Source: Myxococcota bacterium (GTDB lineage Bacteria > Myxococcota_A > UBA796 > UBA2385). From it: DNA of 64,000 nt. The notes below the pieces were generated by a model. It had not been told where the DNA came from. It searched no databases and worked only from the letters and a program-made list of their open reading frames with translations. The position numbers and the translations under genes are program-made. Position 1 is the first letter of the stretch. Each line of letters begins with the position of its first letter. The stretch covers positions 96,001 through 160,000 of the forward strand of contig JBIJDH010000012.1 of assembly GCA_044344255.1 (NCBI GenBank), given 5' to 3'. Shown in pieces: positions 58,866 through 64,000 of this stretch.

Positions 58866-59828
58866 TCAAGCCGTCTGGCTGAGCGCTCGGGTGATGGTGG
58901 CCACGTCCATCCCGTACTCGCGGTGCAGGCGGTTGCGATCGCCGTTGCCGAGGAAGTAGCGGTCGGAGAGCCCGTACCGCAGCAGGCGGGCGGGGATGCC
59001 GTGGTCGACGAGCAGGTCGCCGACGATGTTGTCGAGGCCTCCGCGACGCGAGAAGGCCTCCTGGATGACCACCACCCGCTGGTAAGGGGCCAGGGCGCGG
59101 GCGAGGGCGGCCTCGTCGAAGCGCTTGAGGAGGAAGAGGTCAACGTGGCCGACGGCGGTGCCCTGCTGCGCGAGGTCAGCCCGGATGCGCTCGCCCATGT
59201 GGGTCGCGTAGCCGGTGGTCACGAGGCAGGTGTCACTGCCGGTGGCGCGGACCGCGAAGCCGAGGCTGAAGTCGAGCGCGTCTGCGCCGGCGTAGAGGGC
59301 GGGGATCGGCTTGCCCTCGAGGCGGAAATATTTGGCGCCGCTGGTCGACATCGCCGTCTCGAGGAAGGCGTCGGCGGTGACCCAGTCCGCGGGGCTGAAG
59401 AGGTCTACGTTCGGCAACAGCCGGAGGAGCGGGATGTCTTCGGGGCAATGGTGGGTCGGCCCCGACACGTCGTAGGAGAAGCCGGCGCCGATCGACAGGA
59501 TGTTGACGTTCAGGCTCCGCGTCTCGGAGAGCAGCGCGATGGTGGTGCGGAGCTGCTCGAAGCAGCGCATGCTCACGAAGGGCGCGATGCCATAGGCGAA
59601 GACGACGTTGCCCTCGAGGGCGAGGCCCGTCGCGACGTTGATCATGTTCTGTTCGGCGATGCCGACGTTGATGCAGCGCCCGGGGAAGTTGTCGCGCATG
59701 GCGTCGAGGGCCGGCGCGCCGAGATCGGCGGTGAGGAAGTAGACCCGAGGGTCCTCCTTCATCTTGGCGGCGATGCGCGCGATGAGCACGTCGCGCATCG
59801 TGCGGGGCGGGAGCGAGAGGGCGGTCAT
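58866..59828 (-). CDS. Transketolase-like, pyrimidine-binding / C-terminal subunit
   Basis: TADLG, NVGIAEQN, GPTHH. Confidence 0.92.
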   Translation of the reverse strand: MTALSLPPRTMRDVLIARIAAKMKEDPRVYFLTADLGAPALDAMRDNFPGRCINVGIAEQNMINVATGLALEGNVVFAYGIAPFVSMRCFEQLRTTIALLSETRSLNVNILSIGAGFSYDVSGPTHHCPEDIPLLRLLPNVDLFSPADWVTADAFLETAMSTSGAKYFRLEGKPIPALYAGADALDFSLGFAVRATGSDTCLVTTGYATHMGERIRADLAQQGTAVGHVDLFLLKRFDEAALARALAPYQRVVVIQEAFSRRGGLDNIVGDLLVDHGIPARLLRYGLSDRYFLGNGDRNRLHREYGMDVATITRALSQTA

Positions 59829-60640
59829 CGGGCGCCTCCGAGGAGCTGGTCGACCTGCTCGGGCTTCAGCACGCGGATGTGGGAGAGGGGGTCGGTCTCG
59901 AGCCAGGGGACACCCTTGCCCTTCAGCGTCTCGGCGATGACCGCGAGGGGGCGGGCCCGCCCGGGGGCCCGGATGCCGCGGAGGACCTCGGCGAGGGCGA
60001 CGACGTCATGCCCGTCCACGACCACGGTGTCCCAGCCGAAGGCGCGGAACTTCTCATCGAGCGGGTTGAGCGCCAGGATGTCCTTGGTGAAGCCGAGGGT
60101 GGCGGCGCCGTTCAGATCGACGATGAGCGTGAGGTTGGCGAGGGCGTGGTGGCCGGCGAACATCACCGCCTCCCAGACCGAGCCCTCGTGCAGCTCACCG
60201 TCGCCGCAGAGCACGACCACCTGATTGTCGGCCCCGCGGCCGCGCAGCCCCAGCGCGACCCCGCAGGCGACGCCCGGCCCGTGCCCCAGCGCGCCGTTGA
60301 TCGACTCGTAGCCGGGGATGTGGGTGTCGGGGATGACCTTGAGGATCCCCTCCTCTTTGGCGATGAGGAGCAGCTCGCCGGGGTCAATGAAGCCGAGGTC
60401 GGCGAGGATGGGGTAGAACGAGATCGTGCCGTGCCCCTTGCTCACGATGAAGCGGTCACGGCCCTCCCAGCGGGGCTCAGCCGGGTTGAAGCGGAGGACG
60501 CCCCCATAATGCAGGGCGGTCAGCGTCTCGACGGTGGAGAGCGAGGAGGCGAGGCGCGTCTCGGGGGCGCGGCGGTGCAGGAGCATCGTCTCCCGCCTCA
60601 CCCACGCGGCCTTCTCCACCAGTGCGGAACCTTCAAGCAT
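59825..60640 (-). CDS. Transketolase-like, N-terminal TPP-binding subunit
   Basis: RDRFIVSKGH, GALGHG, GDGELHEGSVWE…DLN, KGKG. Confidence 0.92.
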   Translation of the reverse strand: MLEGSALVEKAAWVRRETMLLHRRAPETRLASSLSTVETLTALHYGGVLRFNPAEPRWEGRDRFIVSKGHGTISFYPILADLGFIDPGELLLIAKEEGILKVIPDTHIPGYESINGALGHGPGVACGVALGLRGRGADNQVVVLCGDGELHEGSVWEAVMFAGHHALANLTLIVDLNGAATLGFTKDILALNPLDEKFRAFGWDTVVVDGHDVVALAEVLRGIRAPGRARPLAVIAETLKGKGVPWLETDPLSHIRVLKPEQVDQLLGGAR

Positions 60641-60695
60641 GAGACCTCACGAGGGGGCGGGGAGACAGGACTGATCGGCCGGTCGAGGCGCTCAG

Positions 60696-61355
60696 TTAAT
60701 CCGGTCGGTCGACTCCGTCGGGGCTGCTCGCCCGCGCCTTGGCCGTGCGGTGGATCAGATCCTCGCCCCCGACCACGCCGCAAGAGAGGAAGAACTTGAT
60801 CGCCTCCTCGACGGTGAGATCGAGCAGCAGCATGTCCTTACGCGGCAGAAGCACGGGGTAGCCGAGGTGAAGGTGGTTGCTCGGGAAGAAGACCACCACC
60901 TCAGCGAGCGGGTCATCCCCGGGCGGCAGGTGCGCCACGAGGCCGATCGTGTGGCGGCCCACCATCGGGTACTCGACCAGCACGACCTGGGAGAACGGGG
61001 TCTTGTGCTCGTCGGAGAACAGAGAGGCGATCTGCCGGCTCGCCGTGTAGACCGATCGCACCAGCGGCACCCGCTCGATCGCCCGCTCTGTGCGATGGAG
61101 GAGCTGCCGGAAGAAGACCATCCGGGTCAGCCAGCCGATCGCCAGCACCAGCAGCAGGGTGGTGAGGAGGCCGAGGCCCGGGATGTGCACCGGCTGGCCG
61201 ACGAAGCGCGAGACGAGGAGGTCAATCCGGGTGCCGGCGGGGCCGTCCACCATCGTGAAGAGGAAGGAGAGCACCTTCCCCGTGACGTACAAGGGGAGCA
61301 GGGCCAGCAGGCCTGCGATGAAGCTCTGGCGGATGGGGTGCTGACGGTCCGACAC
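60696..61355 (-). CDS. DUF502 family membrane protein
   Basis: FIAGLL…PL..T, IPGLG, RVPLVRSVY, VVLVEYP, EEAIKF..S.G. Confidence 0.85.
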   Translation of the reverse strand: MSDRQHPIRQSFIAGLLALLPLYVTGKVLSFLFTMVDGPAGTRIDLLVSRFVGQPVHIPGLGLLTTLLLVLAIGWLTRMVFFRQLLHRTERAIERVPLVRSVYTASRQIASLFSDEHKTPFSQVVLVEYPMVGRHTIGLVAHLPPGDDPLAEVVVFFPSNHLHLGYPVLLPRKDMLLLDLTVEEAIKFFLSCGVVGGEDLIHRTAKARASSPDGVDRPD

Positions 61356-61388
61356 GGTGACCTCGACGTCAGAGGTGGGGGACGGTCC

Positions 61389-62888
61389 CTATCCGGGCGG
61401 GCCGGTGGAGCCCGAGGGATGCGGCGTCGCCCGACAAGACCAGATCTGGAAGCGGCGCACCACCTCACCCCGCCGAAGCACAGGGACTTCCTCCGCTCGC
61501 GCGCAATCCAGGCCGGGGAAGGGGCGCCGGACGAGGTCGAGGTCGTAGCGGTCGTGAGCGACGAAGATCGCGTCCCGACCGGCGAGCTCGGGGAGGCGCT
61601 CCCGCCAGACGTCAAACTGATCGGCGCGGCCCCCGCGGCGGGTGACGATCACCGACCGGGGGAGCTGGAGCGCGATCTGGGCCGCGGTCTGGTACATGTG
61701 GCCGAAGACATAGGCCTGATCGGGATCTGGGAGGGCATGAAGGGCCCGCTCCACCGCCGCCCCCGCTTCGGGCCAGCCGTAGAGGTCGTTCGTGACGTCG
61801 GCCTTCGGCCCGAGCGGCAACACCGGCCAGAGCGCCTGGAGGTACACGAGGCCGCTCATCAGGCCGGCGCTGCCGAGGGTGGCGAGGCGGAGGCGGGGGC
61901 GCTCGCTGAGCCAGCGGGCTGCGGGGAGCAGGGCGGGGAGCCAGCCCGAGGCGGTCCAGTGGGGCTTGAAGGCCGTCAGCGGGCTCGTGAGCCCGAAGAG
62001 CAGGAGGGGCGGCAGCGCGGCGGCGAGGAGGAAGCGGTCGGCCGCGGCGCCGGCGCGGGCGCGGCGGAGGCTGTCCCTCAGCCCGAGCACGAGGGCGACC
62101 GCGACCAGCGGCGACAGGAGGCCGAGCTGGGAGCCCACGAACTGGCCGAGGTTGGTCGGGAGATCGAGCGCCCCCCCGTGCCGGCCTTGGAGGTGGAAGC
62201 GGAAGGACATCCAGTCGTGGTGCGAATTCCAGACGAGGATCGGCTCGAAGATCAGCAGCGCGACGAGCAAGCCGAGGTACGGCTCGGGGCGGAGGAGCCA
62301 ACGACGGTAGCGGCGGTCAGAGACCAGCAGGACGAGGAGGGTGACCAGCCACAAGACCGCGTTGTACTTACACAGGAGCGCGATCCCCGTCGAGATCCCG
62401 CAAGGGAGCCAGGCGCCCGCGTCCTCGGCCTCGAGGGCCTCCCAGGCGAAGGACAGCGCGAGGCTGAGCGCGAGGAGGAAGGGCATGTCCGGCGCGGTGA
62501 AGACGCCGAGGATGGCGAACATCGGCGACAGGACGAGCAGCAGGGCGAGCTCGGTCGTGGCGGAGGTCCCCATGCGGCGGGCCAGACGGAGGAGCACGCC
62601 CACGGTCGCGGCGCCGCAGAGCAGCGTGGGCAGCCGCACCGCGAAGGGGCCCTCCCCGAGCGCCGAGACCGAGGCCGCCACGAGCAAGGCGACCCCGGGC
62701 GGATGATCGAAGTAGCTCCAGTCGAGGTGTCGCGCCCAGAGCGCGTAGTAGGCCTCGTCGTCGCCGAGGCCCACCGCGCCGATCAGGGCCATCCGGAGCA
62801 CGAAGACGAGGCCGACCAGCCCGAGGCCGGCCCCGGGGCTCGGCCAGCGGAGCCACCGCGAGGGCCCCTTGCTCCCCTCCCCCGTCAT
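61389..62888 (-). CDS. ArnT/PMT-family (GT-C) membrane glycosyltransferase
   Basis: DEAYY…W…YFDHPPG, many TM segments, KY, P…WN..HDW.SF.F. Confidence 0.88.
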   Translation of the reverse strand: MTGEGSKGPSRWLRWPSPGAGLGLVGLVFVLRMALIGAVGLGDDEAYYALWARHLDWSYFDHPPGVALLVAASVSALGEGPFAVRLPTLLCGAATVGVLLRLARRMGTSATTELALLLVLSPMFAILGVFTAPDMPFLLALSLALSFAWEALEAEDAGAWLPCGISTGIALLCKYNAVLWLVTLLVLLVSDRRYRRWLLRPEPYLGLLVALLIFEPILVWNSHHDWMSFRFHLQGRHGGALDLPTNLGQFVGSQLGLLSPLVAVALVLGLRDSLRRARAGAAADRFLLAAALPPLLLFGLTSPLTAFKPHWTASGWLPALLPAARWLSERPRLRLATLGSAGLMSGLVYLQALWPVLPLGPKADVTNDLYGWPEAGAAVERALHALPDPDQAYVFGHMYQTAAQIALQLPRSVIVTRRGGRADQFDVWRERLPELAGRDAIFVAHDRYDLDLVRRPFPGLDCARAEEVPVLRRGEVVRRFQIWSCRATPHPSGSTGPPG

Positions 62889-64000
62889 CGCGCCGCGGCG
62901 GCCCGCCTGCGGCGCAGCCCGAAGATCCCGAGCCCCACCCACGGCAGCAGGAGGGCGGAGCGGAGGCCCGCGCAGCCCCCGACATACTCGCCGGCGAGGG
63001 GGTTGATCTGGGCCGGAGGCGGCTCCGACCAGGTGAAGGCGGGGGTCACTTCAACGGCGGTCGTCACGCAGTTCATGCCGAGGATGCCGAAGGTCCAGGT
63101 TGAGCCGGCCGGCAGGGCCTCGATGCCGAGCGACTCTGCCATGACGCTCACCGACGCCGGAGCGCCGGGCCACTCGAGGTCGGCGTTGTCGGAGCCCGTC
63201 GGCAGCAGGAAGGTGTAGCCGAGGATGTCGAGCGGGTTGATCTCGTAGTGGACCAGCTCGTCAGCGCGCGCGTAGACGGTGTAGTCGAGGTCGGAGTCGT
63301 GCAGCGTCCCCCCGTTCGGCCGGGAGAGGTCGATGTTCAGGCTGAGGCCCGTGACCTGCCTCCCCTCCGGGTCTTCCGGGATGGTGAGCGTGTACTGGAA
63401 GGGGGCGCCGATGCGGACGCCGAGGCCGCGCACCACCTCACACAGGCTGGCATCGACGAAGTCAGCGCCGAGGAGGTAGCCCGCGCCAGGCTGCTCGGGC
63501 GAGATGGGGGTGTCGCGCCCGCAGGTCGAGAGGCCCCGGGCGTCCACGATGTCGCGCACGACCGACACCTCGGCCTCCGTGAGGCGTCCCTCCGAGACGA
63601 GGTCGCCCGCGGCATCGACCAGCGCCGCGGCGAACTCGGCGTAGGTGGGGCTCGTGCTCAGGCGCTGCATCGCCCCGTAGACGAGGGCGTCGGTGGCGGC
63701 GGCTCCGAGGGCCTCGCGGATCTCCCAGGTGCTGCCCCCGATGACCTCGCCATCCTGATGGGCCTCACCGAGGACCGAGGCCGGACAGGTGGCGCCGTTG
63801 TCGAGGTCGCGGATGGGCGTGCCATCGGCCATCACCGCAGCGGTGCTGCGGTCGTTGCGGGTGACGCTCCAGTAGTCGGGGAGCCCCTCCGTGAGGCCGC
63901 CGGGCGCGGGGTGGAGCCCGTACTCGTCCATGTTCACGGGGTAGCTCATCGCCGTCATCATCCCGACGACGTCCTCGACGATGCCGTGGCTGAACTCGTG
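62885..64000 (-). CDS. M4/M36-like zinc metalloprotease (partial, 5' end outside the window) with MYXO-CTERM-like tail
   Basis: The first bases of the minus strand read HEFSHG (HExxH); then GGLTEGLPDY, EAHQDG; tail GGC-TM-RRRR. Confidence 0.8.
   Translation of the reverse strand, partial: HEFSHGIVEDVVGMMTAMSYPVNMDEYGLHPAPGGLTEGLPDYWSVTRNDRSTAAVMADGTPIRDLDNGATCPASVLGEAHQDGEVIGGSTWEIREALGAAATDALVYGAMQRLSTSPTYAEFAAALVDAAGDLVSEGRLTEAEVSVVRDIVDARGLSTCGRDTPISPEQPGAGYLLGADFVDASLCEVVRGLGVRIGAPFQYTLTIPEDPEGRQVTGLSLNIDLSRPNGGTLHDSDLDYTVYARADELVHYEINPLDILGYTFLLPTGSDNADLEWPGAPASVSVMAESLGIEALPAGSTWTFGILGMNCVTTAVEVTPAFTWSEPPPAQINPLAGEYVGGCAGLRSALLLPWVGLGIFGLRRRRAAAAR

Noticed and set aside
50331..63218. 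Long plus-strand ORFs 50331-52943, 57438-60224 and 60750-63218
   Set aside because: Antisense shadows of clear minus-strand genes.

Overview
Very GC-rich bacterial chromosomal segment. It is probably Myxococcota-like, inferred from two MYXO-CTERM-like sorting tails, a VegA-like zinc finger and many secreted cell-wall enzymes. I found no rRNA, tRNA, CRISPR array or transposase. Main blocks: (1) envelope and housekeeping genes (ALDH7-type dehydrogenase, OmpA-like, TolB-like, ExbB/ExbD); (2) a SAM-centred neighbourhood with a B12 radical SAM enzyme, metK, two divergent SET-domain methyltransferases and a stand-alone A-T-GNAT NRPS. Its adenylation domain has beta-alanine-type motifs and its layout matches animal Ebony, which makes it the best candidate for an undescribed system; (3) a YtrA/GntR ABC operon, a ParE-type toxin-antitoxin pair and an amidase; (4) a complete hypABFCDE-hoxFUYHW NAD-coupled group 3d [NiFe]-hydrogenase operon; (5) a lower-GC McrBC/LlaJI-like restriction island with a one-base frameshift in mcrB and no methylase; (6) secreted peptidoglycan enzymes and a P450; (7) an ~18 kb glycan locus combining GDP-heptose enzymes, a ColD-like dehydratase, a split transketolase, two B12 radical SAM enzymes, a 2OG-Fe oxygenase, two methyltransferases, two glycosyltransferases and a TIR-like protein lacking its catalytic Glu. 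All calls come from reading motifs by eye; no searches were run.
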